This document shows, piece after piece, positions 1 to 13,399 of a stretch of 64,000 bases of DNA (positions are counted from its first letter, which is position 1; each line of letters begins with the position of its first letter). The stretch comes from Octopus vulgaris (Eukaryota), in assembly GCA_951406725.2 (NCBI GenBank), contig OX597818.1, positions 31,372,001-31,436,000 on the forward strand. The letters run 5' to 3'. Under the pieces are notes generated by a model, which was given only the letters and a program-made list of their open reading frames with translations, was not told the DNA's origin and searched no databases. A program made the translations under genes and the position numbers.

Positions 1-100
1 AAGTGATCTATGGAATAAGTACTAGGTTTTAAAAAATAAGCACTGGAGTCGATTCGTTCCAATAACTGTCTAATGACTAAAAGAAGCAAAATAAAAGACC
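1..100 (+). mobile_element. 3' end remnant of SINE family A
   Basis: gaataagtactagg...ctggagtcgattcgttc...aatgactaaaa matches the 3' part of the family A copies (e.g. 34820-35226). Confidence 0.55.
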
Positions 101-135
101 TGGTCAGCAGGTAGCCAAAGTGAAGCCGTCAGAGG

Positions 136-350
<215 letters not shown>

Positions 351-404
351 TATTATATGCAAAAGTACTTGATGAGAAATCAATTCAGTTCATTGGACTG
401 CAAC

Positions 405-500
405 TGTGTGGATTGAAGAGCCTTGCTCAAGAACACAATGTATCGTCTGTTTCAGGAATTGAATCCGGGGCATTAAGACCGTGAACCCAAGTTTCTAATC
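405..500 (-). mobile_element. Degenerate tRNA-derived SINE fragment
   Basis: ccttgctcaagaacacaa...caggaattgaatc is the reverse complement of a B-box-like head plus gtgttcttgagcaagg, similar to 22378-22590. Confidence 0.45.
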
Positions 501-747
501 GATGTACGGGGCGCTTTTATGTATGTATAATGTATATACATTATGTATAATTATACACGCATATACATAATACACATGTGTCTGCGCGCAGTTGAGAGAT
601 TTTGTATACATAAATATTTATATAGATAACATACAAATATGTGCACAATATGTAGTATTAATTACACGCAAAAACTCACACGCACAGATATACATGTACG
701 TATATAGGCATATATGTGCTATACAGATATACACATGATTACAAATA

Positions 748-2017
748 TCAGGTCATCCCGTAAGTTCCGTCCGATTTTACCTTGTTTAAAATTGGATAAA
801 ATTTAATAGTATTTTACAATGTCTAATCGAATTAAAAATTATTTTTATGCATCTGTGTTCATTTAAACTAATTAAATACTATTTTACAGAATAATAGAAT
901 TAAAATTTCTTTGATTAAAACCCTTTCTAACATGGAAGTATCCAAACAACATTTGAGGCACATAATGCTTTATGAATACAAAAAACGAAACACTGCAGCT
1001 GAAGCGACTCGAAACATACACTCAGTTTATGGGAAAGAATGCTTGAATAAAAGAACTTGCAGAAGATGGTTTGCAAAATTCACAAGTGGAGATTTCAGCC
1101 TTGAAGATGAAGATCGAACAGGACGTCCAGTTGAGTTTGATGATAAGCTCCTTGAGGCATTACTTGAAGAAAATTCTGCATTATCAGTTGAAGAATTGGC
1201 AATAAAGCTTACTTTAAACCATCGTCATCTTCAACAATTTGGAAAGGTTCCTAAACTTGGAAAATGGGTGCCTCATGAATTGTTCGAAAGCAACCGCAAA
1301 TCCCGAGTCGACATCTGCTCTTGTCTCCATTCTCGCGAACTCATTTCACCATTTTTGGATAGACTTGTGACTGGTGACGAAAAATGGATCTTCTATCGAA
1401 ATGTTAAACGTCGTAAACAGTGGTTTGGTAAAAGGGAAAAGGCTCAACCACAACCGAGAAGTGAACTTCATGGGGAAAAGGTTCTTCTCTCTATCTGGTG
1501 GGATTGCAAAGGAGTAATTCACTTTGAATTATTACCACCTAATGCAATAATCAATGCTCAAGTCTACTTCCAGCAATTAGAGTGTTTCGAGCAAGCTTTG
1601 AAGAAAAAAACCCGCTTTAGCGAATCGAAAAGGAGTGATGTTTCATCAGGACAATGCGCGACCCAATGCAAAGATCCCATCACAGAGGATCGAAGAGCTT
1701 GGTTGGAAAAAATTCCCCATCCACCTTATTCTCCCGACCTTGCTCCTTCAGACTACCATTTGTTTCATTGTTCACAGAATCATTTGGGAGACATAACATT
1801 CGCAAGCCAGGAGGAGATGGAAACTGACATTTCAGAGTTCTTCGCTTTGAAACCAAAGGAGTTTTACATTGATGGGATTAAAAAGCTTGTAAATAGATGG
1901 AAAGAAGTCATAGATAATCAGGGAAAGTACATTGATGATTAAATTTTAATTAAATATAACATTTGATCACATGTTTTCTTTATTCAAAATTCGGACGTAA
2001 CTTATGGGATGACCTGA
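748..2017 (+). mobile_element. Full-length (1270 bp) mariner DNA transposon
   Basis: TIRs of about 31 bp (tcaggtcatcccgtaagttccgtccgatttt / aaaattcggacgtaacttatgggatgacctga), TA target duplications at 746-747 and 2018-2019, internal transposase. Confidence 0.97.
932..1942 (+). pseudogene. Mariner (DD34D-type) transposase, open but with a frameshifted central catalytic segment
   Basis: MEVSKQHLRH start, HTH region, WVPHEL, TGDEKW and HPPYSPDLAPSDYHLF are in frame, but GVMFHQDNARP (second catalytic Asp) lies in another frame at about 1604-1712. Confidence 0.9.
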
Positions 2018-2493
2018 TATATACATAATACGTATATGTATATACATAAGTAAAAAAGCATATATATATATATATATACATATATATATGAATATACACA
2101 CAGACACACACGCACACACACACACGCACACACACACACGCACACACACATAGTTGTATATATATACACGACGCACTCACCATCTCACACATACAAACAT
2201 ATATGTATGCATGTATATTTATGTGTATATGTAAGTATGTAGGTCTGCGCATGTATGAATGCATGTCTATAGAGACAAACTTATTTGCGTATATATATAA
2301 ATGATGTATGTAATATCCTTGCTGAAACTAATGGATGTAAGATGTTATACATTGTATATCATGTATTAGTCATTAAACAATAGGCCTGCATTGACCATAC
2401 GCTCACTATGCAATGACCTTAAAGTAACCATTATATCAAGATCTCACTTGGGGTCGTGGTTGTAGGGTTTCTAGACACTTACTTATGTCACCC

Positions 2494-2906
2494 TTACTCT
2501 TTTACTCTTTTACTCTTTTACTTGTTTTAGTCATTTGACTGCGGCCATGCTGGAGCACAGCCTTTAGTCGAACAAATCGACCCCAGAGCTTATTCTTCAT
2601 AAGCCTAGTACTTATTATATCGGTCTCTTTTGCCGAACCGCTAAACTACGTAGACATAAACACACCTGCATCGGTTGTCAAGCGATGTTGGTAGGGAGAC
2701 TAACACAGACACACAAGCATCTACAAACACATACATATACATATATATGCATGTACGACGGGCTTCTTCCAGTTTTCGTCTACCAAATCCACTCACTATA
2801 GCCGGCCCGAGGCTATAGTAGAAAATACTTGCCCAAGGTGCCACGCAGTGGGACTGAACCCGGGACCATGTGGTTGGTAAGCAAGCTACATACCACACAG
2901 CCACTC
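2494..2906 (-). mobile_element. SINE family A (tRNA-derived head, internal microsatellite, (gagtaaaa)n tail)
   Basis: Minus-strand head gagtggctgtgtggta...gggttcagtccc (A/B boxes), caccttgggcaag core, tail repeats; many homologous copies in the window. Confidence 0.9.
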
Positions 2907-3099
2907 AGTGTCTTTACGTATCTTTTGTTGTGTCTGGGGAGAGTCACTTTGTCTTTACGCCTTATTAACACATTCACTGGTTCGATTTCCACTCCGTTTA
3001 TATATTTATTTATATTTTGACTAAGTCCGTTGTCGGATCTGCGTTCCTTTTGTTTGTTTCTGTGGACATGTGTCTGCGTCAGCGTGCATGCGTTTACAC

Positions 3100-3100
<1 letters not shown>

Positions 3101-3130
<30 letters not shown>

Positions 3131-3631
3131 TGTATGTATGTATGTATGTATGTATGTATGTATGTATGTATGTATGTATGTATGTATGTATGTATGTATG
3201 TATGTATGTATGCATGCATGTATGTGTGTGTGGTGTATGTGTGTATGTGCGTGCATGTGTTTATCTGTCCGTATTACCTACGTACTTATCTATCTACCTA
3301 CTTGTGTATCTATCTGTTTACCTATACATCCATGTACCTACCTATAAATATATATTATATTATATGCATTTCTATTGTTTTTTTTTTATATAGCCACGGC
3401 ACTATTGCTCGAATGAATACACAGTCAGATACAGGCAGAACAACATACAAACACGCATACATACATACATACATACATACATACATACATAGATACATAG
3501 ATACATACATACATACATACATACATACATACATAAATACATACACACACTCACACATATATATACGTATATATATATATGTATATATACATATATATAC
3601 ACATATATATGTATATGTATGTATATATATA

Positions 3632-3686
<55 letters not shown>

Positions 3687-3703
3687 ATATACACATATAT
3701 AGA

Positions 3704-3782
<79 letters not shown>

Positions 3783-3877
3783 GCATATATATATATACAT
3801 GGTAGATGGGGCCAAATAATTGTAGTGATCAATAAACTTTCTCGTATCTTCCAAGTTCAGTCTCTCTTATTAATCAA

Positions 3878-3951
<74 letters not shown>

Positions 3952-3980
3952 TTACACACACACATATATATATATATAAT
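3101..3980. repeat. Microsatellite block (TATG)n, (CATA)n, (TA)n, (GA)n
   Basis: Directly visible tandem repeats. Confidence 0.95.
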
Positions 3981-4169
3981 TTATACAGAGAGCTAAAATG
4001 CCCGTGTATGCATGTAAGCATAAATTCGCACATTCATGTATACACATGCCAATATATATTCATCTATATATACTCGCATGCAAACATATTTGATAGTCTG
4101 AAACTTAACCGTCTGATGACACATCCTTTCGTTCCTGCATAAAAGGGAAAACAAAATTTATCATCAGGA

Positions 4170-5130
4170 ATACCTCATCGTTGCTATTTTTTGACAGTAT
4201 CTCTGCTGACAGAATCGAACGCTTTGGTTAAATACAGTTCAGGACTTTTCTCACGAATTTTACCCGCACATTGACGAAGTGAAAAGACATTTTTCCCCAA
4301 TCTTTTAAGAATTAGCCTTGCCAGAATTTTACTTGCGACACACCGGAGTGAGATGCCACGTGAGTTATCACAGAAAAAATTCTCTTGTTCTTGAAGAGGT
4401 GCTTGATGGATGCATTCTTGTTTCTCTGGGGTACACGCATAACTCTCCAGATGACTTCTAAGAGCTGAAAGAGCTTTTGCGCCAACTTTTTACTCTCATA
4501 TTTGAATATTTGGGGTAGTATGCCATCCTTGTCATGGGTTTTGATAATATTTGCTTTATGGCATATTGCCTTATGATTGACGATAGAGTTTGAATTACAA
4601 GGCTCCTTCTTTGGCAAAGAATACAAATTCAAGTCTAAGAAGTGTGACCATCAGAAGACAGATTGGAGATGAACCATTTTCCACGGAAAACGGGGCACGG
4701 GGTAAAATCCTTTTTGAAATCTTCATAGAAACCTTTTTAAGTTCTTGCTTGCTGTTTCCTGGAATTCAGCAGCTTTAGATGACCAAGATTCCATCATTCT
4801 TTTAAGGGCAGTTTGCGTCTGCTTCTCTCATTCCTTGTATGCATGGTTTTTGATATCGGATTGTTTATCATTGACCCACGTCTTGTGTGGGCTATACATC
4901 GTTTTGATAAACTGTTCAATATTTGTTGCGGTCAACAAACCAATCCTGATGGATCTGCACAGGTAATGTTTCTCTTCGATAGTTGCAAGTTCAGAACTTG
5001 AACTTCAAGAACAAAATTGGCAGTAAGAGAAATGTGATGAAGAAGAACTGGATGTCGTGGTTAGTGTAAAGCCTGAAGGTGCAGTAGTTAAAAGCGAGTC
5101 GTGAGATTTGGCTGTTATTTCCAATAGGAC
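4170..5130 (-). mobile_element. Degenerate RTE-clade LINE fragment (linker and RT N-terminal half)
   Basis: Minus-strand translation DKDGILPQIFKY...IWRVMRVPQRNKNASIKHLFKNK and LTKAFDSVSR resembles non-LTR RT domains 0-3 of RTE elements; stops and frameshifts present. Confidence 0.8.
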
Positions 5131-5216
5131 GAGCGTCGTGTACAAGTACGTTTGTTGTATGTGGTCTGAATACACGCGCACAAATACACACGCAAATACA
5201 CACACATGCACACACA

Positions 5217-5264
<48 letters not shown>

Positions 5265-5648
5265 TACACACACACACAAACACACACACACAGAGTAGTG
5301 GGTGCATATACAGTGATTACATTTTTGACGATATGGTCAGTTTATCATCATACCTATCTCATTATTTCCTTGACATGAAGCTCTGTAAAAGTGAAAAAGC
5401 TGTTTTTTTTTTGTTGTTTTTCATTGAGAGAGAAGTACTGTTACCACAATTATTCTAAGTTTCATCGTCTTCATTAGAAGTGTTTTCACTGGCAGTTTTG
5501 TTAAGAAGCGAATCTTTTTAGTTAAATACAATACAACTTGACTCTTAACACTATTTACATTATGATGCCTTTCTGAAGCCAATAGCTTTCGACGCGTTTG
5601 CCAAAGTGCCAACCTTAGTAATTGCTGTTTATTTATCTATACCTTACC

Positions 5649-5988
5649 GTGGTATTCGTTGCTCAGCTAAGATGTATACAGACAACAGGCGTTTGTTGTG
5701 TGTGTGTTTTATATCTGTTTTTATTTTTTTTTTTGCTTTTAGTTTCTGGAATTTTTATTTATACATTTATTTGTTTACTCTACTCAGTCAGTGCAAAGAG
5801 CTGTTTCAAATGGTCCTTCAATTTTAGTATCAAATAACAAAGAGGAAGAGGTTGGTATCCAGCGAATTTTGGAACCGGGGTAAAGCCAGGTGGAAGGTGT
5901 CATTTTATCAGTAGCATATTTTTCAAAGAGAGGGTTAGAGAGAGAGAGAGAGAGAGAGAGAGTGAGTTGATGAGGAAAGGAGAGATTT

Positions 5989-6026
<38 letters not shown>

Positions 6027-6150
6027 GAAGATTTGAAGAGGGAAGAAGAGGTTTCAAAAGAGATAGAGAAATGAAGAGAGAGGGAGAGAGTGAGAGGGAG
6101 AGAGAGAGCTAGAGCATGTGTAGAAAGAGAGAGATTAGGGTGTGACTGAC
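5649..6150 (-). promoter_or_regulatory. Possible first non-coding exon and core promoter of a minus-strand gene (speculative)
   Basis: Inr-like TCAGTC near 6148 (-), (CT)n-rich leader, non-repetitive segment ending at a strong donor ACG/GTAAGG at 5649; no coding support. Confidence 0.2.
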
Positions 6151-8354
6151 AGGCTCATAATGATTTCTTAACAGACGCATGGCTTGTGATATCTAACGAA
6201 AAGATCCGGTTTCAATACACTCTTGAAGCCATTTTCACTTTATTAACATTGCTTATGTCATTCAAAAAGCATAACAAAAATATCACATTCTTTTATCCCT
6301 AATAAATTGAGTCGTGTGTCCAATCACAGTATCGATGATGAATATTTAAAACTAAAAACAATAATAATTCGAATGTTGTGACCAATACAACAACAATGAA
6401 AATATTCTGTGCTTATAGGGAATACAATTCGCTTTTAAGTTTCAAGTCCCGTTTTACTTTTCTGTCTTTGAATAAAAATGGTGGATCGCTTTAAGACAGA
6501 CATTCCATAGATATGTTTAAGTGGATGGATAGCTGGTTGCTTTAATACCATGATATTAGAGATTCTTTCCTTCACAAGAATGCACTGACAACATTTTGAT
6601 CGAAGCGTGTGTCTCATAAAGTCCTCCAACTCACTAGCCTACAGCTAAGAAGTAATGGGAAACCACTTGTGTATAAGTATATATATATATATATACGTAT
6701 ATGTGTGCGTATGTGCACGCGTGCGTATATATGTGTATGTGTGTGTGTGTGGTCGCGCATGTGTATATGTGCAGTACACACATATTTTCATTATATATAT
6801 ATGAGTTTGTATGTGCATTTATATACATGCATATATATATATATATATGCATATATAATATATATATTATACTTATATATATATATGTGTGTGTGTGTAT
6901 GTATGTATATATATAATATAAGTATAATATATATATTATATATGCATATATATATATATAGCAGTAAATACATACAGACATACACACACATACATATTTC
7001 TACATACATATCCATACATGTATCTACATGTATGTGTGTGTATACATATTATATATACATATATCTCTACATATATGCACACATATACATATGGTTATGT
7101 ATGTTCGTATGTATGTTTATAAGTTTGTTGGGGAGATAATATGAGGGATAAGAAAATACAATGTCGAAAGAAATAGAGCAAGGTTTTATTATTTTATTGC
7201 CTGATTTTTTTCTCTTCTCATTTAATGATTTTTCTTTTGTTTTCTTCTATATCATCTAAAAAAAAAATAGGGGGGCTTTTTTCTATTAAGTTTCACAAGG
7301 AAATTGGGTGTTTAATCAGGGTGTTCCTTCTACAAATATATATATGACCTGACCAAGTGCCTTCTACTGCCTAGCAGCAAAATAGACTGGGAAAAAAAAA
7401 TAAATGAAATAGACCCATTCACACAATTGCTTAGAAGACGACGGAAAGAAAGGAGAAGTATAATAATAATTTTGCTTGTCGTCTTGATAAAACTTCTGGT
7501 AGCAGAGAGACTAATGGAGCGTTCGTTTATGTAGCTCCCCTTTTTTTTTTATTTCTATGTTATATATATTTATATTTATATGCATTTTAGGGTTTCTTTT
7601 TTTTTTTTTTTTGTATGTCATGGACGTAGAAGTTACTGAGGCAAAGTAAGGGGAACAGAAATTACTTGTTAAGCCAGGCGAGAAAAACGGATGTCGGAAA
7701 GTGATTGAGATAAAAGAGAGTCGGGAGGAGAAATTTCAGTAACTTCGAAGTAAATTGAGCCTAGAAGTTAAAATAAAAACAAAACCAAACATAAGAGAAT
7801 ATGTCGATGTATGGGTACGATTTTAGGGTATCTAAAGAGGTAGAAGTAACAAGAATAAATAGATGAAAGATTACTTTGGCGTTAAACAAACCAGTCGAAA
7901 CAAAATGCTTAGGCATTTTGTTTCTTTTTTTTTTGTTAGTTGCCTATTTTTGTTTTGTTTTGCTTTGTTTTACGTTGTTCTGGAATAGATTCTTTGTTTT
8001 ATTATATTTTTGCCCGTTTATTATGATATTTGCTTGCTTTTTATTTTATGATTTATTTATTTATTTATTTATTTAGCTTCTTGAGAGAAGTGTTCTTCAT
8101 TTTCTGAAATAATGTCCAACAACACTCATCATACGGGAACAAAACGCAAATGACACACTACACGTACGTACAGATACATATATACAGATTCATACACACG
8201 CGCGAGTGCACACACACACACACACACACACTCACTCACACACACACGCACACAAATATATACATATGTTTTGATTATTGCTCTATTATGGCAAGTATTT
8301 GCCACAATAACTTAAATGACCACCAGCGTCAAAGCTCCTGATATTGCATTTGCT

Positions 8355-8388
8355 TATAACAATAACAATAACAACAACAACAACAATG

Positions 8389-8444
<56 letters not shown>

Positions 8445-8522
8445 TATGATGATGATAATGATGATGATGAGTATAATTATGATGAGTATAATGATGATGA
8501 TGATGATATGATGATAATGATC
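8355..8522. repeat. (AAC)/(AAT)/(GAT) trinucleotide microsatellite
   Basis: Directly visible. Confidence 0.95.
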
Positions 8523-8569
8523 CGAAAATAGCAAGGGTAATTGGAATTTGAAACGATTCCTGTCATGAG

Positions 8570-8710
8570 AGGCGAATTGACAGCGTTTACAGTGTCGGTG
8601 GGGGCGGGAGGAATACTTTTCGTTATTTTTTCCGATTCCTTGCGTTATGAGTTCGAATACCGACGAGATCCTCTTTCGCTCTCATCCATTTCGACGTCGA
8701 TAAAAAAATT
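8570..8710 (+). mobile_element. Degenerate SINE family B
   Basis: cgttatgagttcgaatacc...ctctcatccatttcgacgtcgataaaa resembles the family B consensus. Confidence 0.5.
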
Positions 8711-9173
8711 TTAAAAAGTGCCTTTCTAAGATGATGGAATTGTGAGAAAGATACACCGGATGCTTTGCGGTATTTCTTCCTGGTCTCTGCCTTTTTTCGT
8801 TGGTGACTTAACTCCTTTGACCGATTTAACACAAGCAACTGGCACCATCAGTAAGTTTAACTGAGTTTGCAGTTGGATTTAGTTGAGTTATAAGCAGTGG
8901 AGTTAGTTTTCAGGTTAAAGAGTATCTTACCGTCTCCCACCAAATTGGGAGAATTTACACAAAAAGATAAAAAAGTATATGCATTAAAATTATAAATACA
9001 GAGACGTAATATTTCATTGACATCATTGTAATCATTCATAGATATAACAAAACAATTCATTCATCACTGATACACGCGATAATGCACTCATAAATACATT
9101 GCTATATGTTTCTATGCATAGGCACATGTATGTATGTATGTATTATGCATGCATTCATACATGTATTATGTAT

Positions 9174-9346
9174 GTAGGGAGAGTTTACGAAAAAAACAAA
9201 AGACGAAGACAGGTGGTGTACAAAACAAACAGGAATATAACGCTCAGGAATAGAAAAAGTGTTTTACGTTTCGAGCCTACGCTCTTCTACAGAAAGGAAC
9301 ACAGAAAAAACAAGGAGAGAAAAAAATGTGTGTAGTGGCTAACGAT
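9174..9346 (-). mobile_element. Penelope-like pseudo-LTR fragment with a variant minimal hammerhead motif (9262-9295)
   Basis: Minus strand TTT-CTGTAGA-A-GAGC-GTAG-GCTC-GAAACGTA-AAA; homologous to 57724-57872. Confidence 0.6.
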
Positions 9347-9401
9347 GTACGTATGTACGTATGTATGTATGGATGTATGTATATAAGTGTGCATATACTT
9401 A

Positions 9402-9695
9402 AACTTAGGTACAAAGACACTCTGGAAAATAACTTCAAATGGAGCGGCATTAGAACTCGAAGCCTTTGCCGCAGACAGATCAGTGTGGAGGTCTCTCACC
9501 TCACGAGAAGAAGAAGCCTTCGAAGAGTGCTACAAGAGAAAGACGTCACAGGGCAAAATCAGGCTCAATCCAGACAACAGACTATCGTTGTAACATGTGG
9601 GCGCCTGTGTGCCTTCAGCTTTGAACTGCGGAATCACATGCACTTCCACCGCTGAGAACTCATGCTTTGTTGTCATCGGACATCGATGGACTGCT
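9402..9695 (+). mobile_element. RTE-clade LINE 3' end
   Basis: LRYKDTL...ADRSVWRS...AFEE...CGRLC...NHMHFHR* (terminal C2H2-like motif) and a short 3' UTR ending gtcatcggacatcgatggactgc. Confidence 0.8.
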
Positions 9696-10549
9696 TACCT
9701 CGTATGTACGTATGTATGTATGTATGTATGTATGTATGTATGTATGTATGTATGTATGTATGTATGTATGTATGTTTCATGAGCTGCATATAGACTTTAT
9801 ATTCTATATATTCCTCATGAAATAATCATCCCTGCCTGGATTTACTAGATTTCAACTGCATAGGGCTCTACATTACACCCCGCTAAGTATTGGTTTAGAT
9901 AGCTTGGTCCACTAAAGGAACTTTTTTGTGATTACTGCCGGATTAGATAATTCTATATATTGTGTATTAAATTTACATGCATATGTGTGTGTGCGTGTAT
10001 GCATGTCAACTAGTTGATGAAATTAGGAATAAACGTCCTTGCAATGTGATTACGCTGAGAAATGTAGATTCAGTTGAAGAAAATCACTATCTTACAGAAA
10101 TTTTGAATTCACTAAATATGAGTTGTCTGTCTTCTCACATCATAAAATTCAAGACGGGATGTTAATAATGGCTTCTCTGAAGCTTTAACCTCAGAAATGA
10201 CCACTGTAATAATACTTGATACACGGTCCTCAACGCTACTGACAATTTAGTTACTGGTCGTCAGCAAGTTTAGCGCGTTGACGATGCGAGAGTGTTAATG
10301 ATTCCTGGGATTTCTCTTCACTGCCTAGCACCAACTTATCATTCACTGCAATTTCCTATAAACTTTGCTTTTATTATGTCGATAAGCATGAGTCAATGGC
10401 AAAGTTTAAAGAGGTACGGAGAAACTCCAGTGTTCTCAGACAAATAAACAATTATATGATACTACCATCAAAACGGGCGATCCAACGAATTTGAAAATAA
10501 TTTCAGATCAAAGAGAATTGACTCGCACACTCACAGAAAGACACATGAT

Positions 10550-10910
10550 ATTGGTTTCAAATTTTGACACAAAGCCAGCAAATTCACGGGAGGGTGCCGC
10601 TAAACATTTTGCCTGGTCGGAATGCCGAGGTCGAATTTGACTTTTATCTTTCGAGTCGTTAAAATAAGTACCAGTTGAGCAGTGGGGAAATGTAATCGAC
10701 TTTACACCTCCCCGTAAATTGCTGGCCTTGTACCAAAATTTGAAACCAGTGTTAAAGAGTAGGTTCTAGAATGCATTTAGCATTTTGATGTGGATTATAT
10801 CAACACCAGTCTTCAATTGGTACTTATTTTATCGAACGAAACGATGAAAAGCTAAGTCGGCCTCTGCAGAATCTGAATTTGCCCAACATGTTAACTTTCC
10901 TGCCATAAAT
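10550..10910. mobile_element. Cluster of SINE family B fragments in both orientations
   Basis: gccgaggtcgaatttg...aagtaccag (+) flanked by minus-strand pieces (ggtttcaaattttgacacaaagccagc; tggtacttattttatcga). Confidence 0.75.
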
Positions 10911-10989
10911 AGATTTGTTTTAGAAAATGCACTAGATCAACCCTTAAAGAGTGGAAAATTAAGAACATTAATATTACTCTTGATAAGAA

Positions 10990-13256
10990 ACTTAGATAAG
11001 AGATGGCGACCAAACACAGACAAGCGTTGAAATCAATGATCTAGAGAATGTACAACACACGCAAGTGAAAAAGACCAAGGAAAAATATTATGGATGTGTT
11101 AAATTGATACTTAAATCATAGCTAAATAGAAAAAAAGTTAAGTAAAAGGCATAAACAATAAGAGCTATCCCGAAATATGAAGAAACGTATAACATTCTCA
11201 GTTGGATGCTGAACGAACTAGCAAGATTAGAAAGGCGAGAGAAAAAAAAACAGAATCCACCACCCTAAATCTCATATAGAAAGATTATATTTCTTATGAA
11301 TACTGAGTAGAAGAGCCGAAGGCAAGTAGAAAACTGTTATAAAATATCTACGGGACTACAAAAATATCATGGAGAATTACTATAAATATCTACACGACAT
11401 AATCGAAGGAGAAAAATATTTCTATTTTCAACGAAAGCATCAACTGTAAAAGATAAAGCTCAAATGACAGTCGGTTATAAAGAATATGGAGAAAGCACAA
11501 AAGAAATTGTGAAAAGGCTAAAATCTAAGCTAAAACTGGGCGAAAAAATGCTAAGAAAATCTATAGAAATAAAAACCTCGACATAACCAAAACAGGAAAA
11601 TGCTGAAATGAAAGGAAGTAGAGTAAGAAAATTTGCACCACTGGTAGAGAAGTACATGACTCGGAACTGAGACTGAAGGAGTTTTGGATGCAGTAATCAC
11701 CAAACCTATATAAACTTTTCTCCTCTATGCACAAAGCCCGAAATTTTTAGAGAGGGGCCCAGTCGTTTAGATCGACCCCAGTACGCAACTGGTACATAAT
11801 TTATTGACCACGAAAGGATGAAAGGCAAAGTCGACCTCGGTGGAATTTGAACTGAGAACGTAAAGACAGGCGAGATACCGTTAAGCATTTCACTGGCGCG
11901 CTAACGTTTCTTATTGCCCACAAGGGGTTAAACATAGAGGGGACAAACACGGACAGACAAAGGGATTAAGTCGATTACATCGACTGCAGTGTATAACTGG
12001 TACTTAATTTATCGAACCCAAAAGGAGGAAAGGCAAAATCGACCTCGGCGGAATTTGAACTCAGAACGTATCGGCAGACGAAATACCGCTAAGCATTTCG
12101 CCCGGTGTGCTAACGATTCTGCCAGCTCGCCGCCTTACCAAAAGTATATAATGAATCAGAGTACAGTACTACAAAACTTATACAGATGAGGAAGAAAAAA
12201 CTACCGCATTTAATAGGAAATAAGACGTACTTATTCTCTATCCAAAATGCCTAAAACAATCAGCTTCTTCTTGCTGAGTTGGGCCTATATTACATGTTTT
12301 AGTGCCCCTGAATAAGATTGATGTGCATCTAATGTGCCCAAGAGTTTTCTATGCCATCAAATACAGCAGCTAAATTATTTCTGACTGTCCATTCTTAGCC
12401 AGAAAGAATATAATAGTTCATGGACGACAGAGTTGGGACTTTAAAAAATTGGTCTTATGGGAGTGTATGAAATATTAATGTGAATGATAACGGGATCATA
12501 TTTTAGATACACATCAGGGCAGAGATATCAAACCTAATCGACCAGATATTGTTGTAAAGGATCACCAAGAGAAAAATAGCCTCTAATCGGAGAGTCTCAT
12601 GCGGCATCTAGTGAGAAATTATCCAAGTACAAAGATCTGAGAACAACAATAACCCGAATAAGGGGTCTAAAAAATCCTTATTAAAACTGGTGCCTTCGGA
12701 ATGATAAATTATGGAGCAACACATACTTAACAAAACGCCAGGATTTATATACATGCACAACATACAGAAGATAACAATGCTAGGCACCTCACACAGGCTC
12801 GGCAAGTTTGTTTCATTACACTAAAAACCAACAAAAACAAAATACAACAAACACCCAAAGCACTCCTGATGCACGTGGTAGTACAGTTAAATAGTGCATC
12901 CCAATTAATACGCAATACCAAGAAGTGGCTCTCATGGCTTCTGATCTCAAGGAATTCGAAATGTTAACATGTACATGATTTGTTTTGGTGTAAATGTTGG
13001 GCTGCAGAAAAATTTTCTGCTCAATACCACAGATTTGCTTGTCAGTTGCTTGATACTTACTTAACTAGTTGAACGTATCCCTTACCGGCGGACGATGTGT
13101 GCCTCTCTGCTCAGGAACAGAAGTAGTAGGGAAGCATCATAGCCATGTGTTGAGAGGGATTCTTTGATATGTGAGTAATTCACCCATGGAAAAGTGAGCG
13201 TTTCGTTCAAGTCTTATACAGACACCTTTTCATGCCATGCGATGCTCTCTAACTCA
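10990..13256 (+). mobile_element. Degenerate R4/Dong-type (RLE) LINE, interrupted by SINE B, ending in (TAA)n
   Basis: Remnant motifs HHPKSHIERLY, ETEG, NRPDIVVKD, EKLSKYKDL, IQKITMLGTSH; 3' UTR homologous to 13400-13936. Confidence 0.7.
11714..12137 (-). mobile_element. Tandem/dimeric SINE family B
   Basis: Two consecutive copies of the gaaaggatgaaaggcaaagtcgacctcggcggaatttgaactcag core with different tails. Confidence 0.9.
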
Positions 13257-13268
13257 ATAATAATAATG

Positions 13269-13353
<85 letters not shown>

Positions 13354-13399
13354 TGATGATGATGATATTAATAATAATGATAATAATAATAATAATTGC

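Noticed and set aside
911-1942. SETMAR-like domesticated gene
   Set aside because: Bounded by TIRs and TA TSDs, no SET domain, and carries disabling lesions
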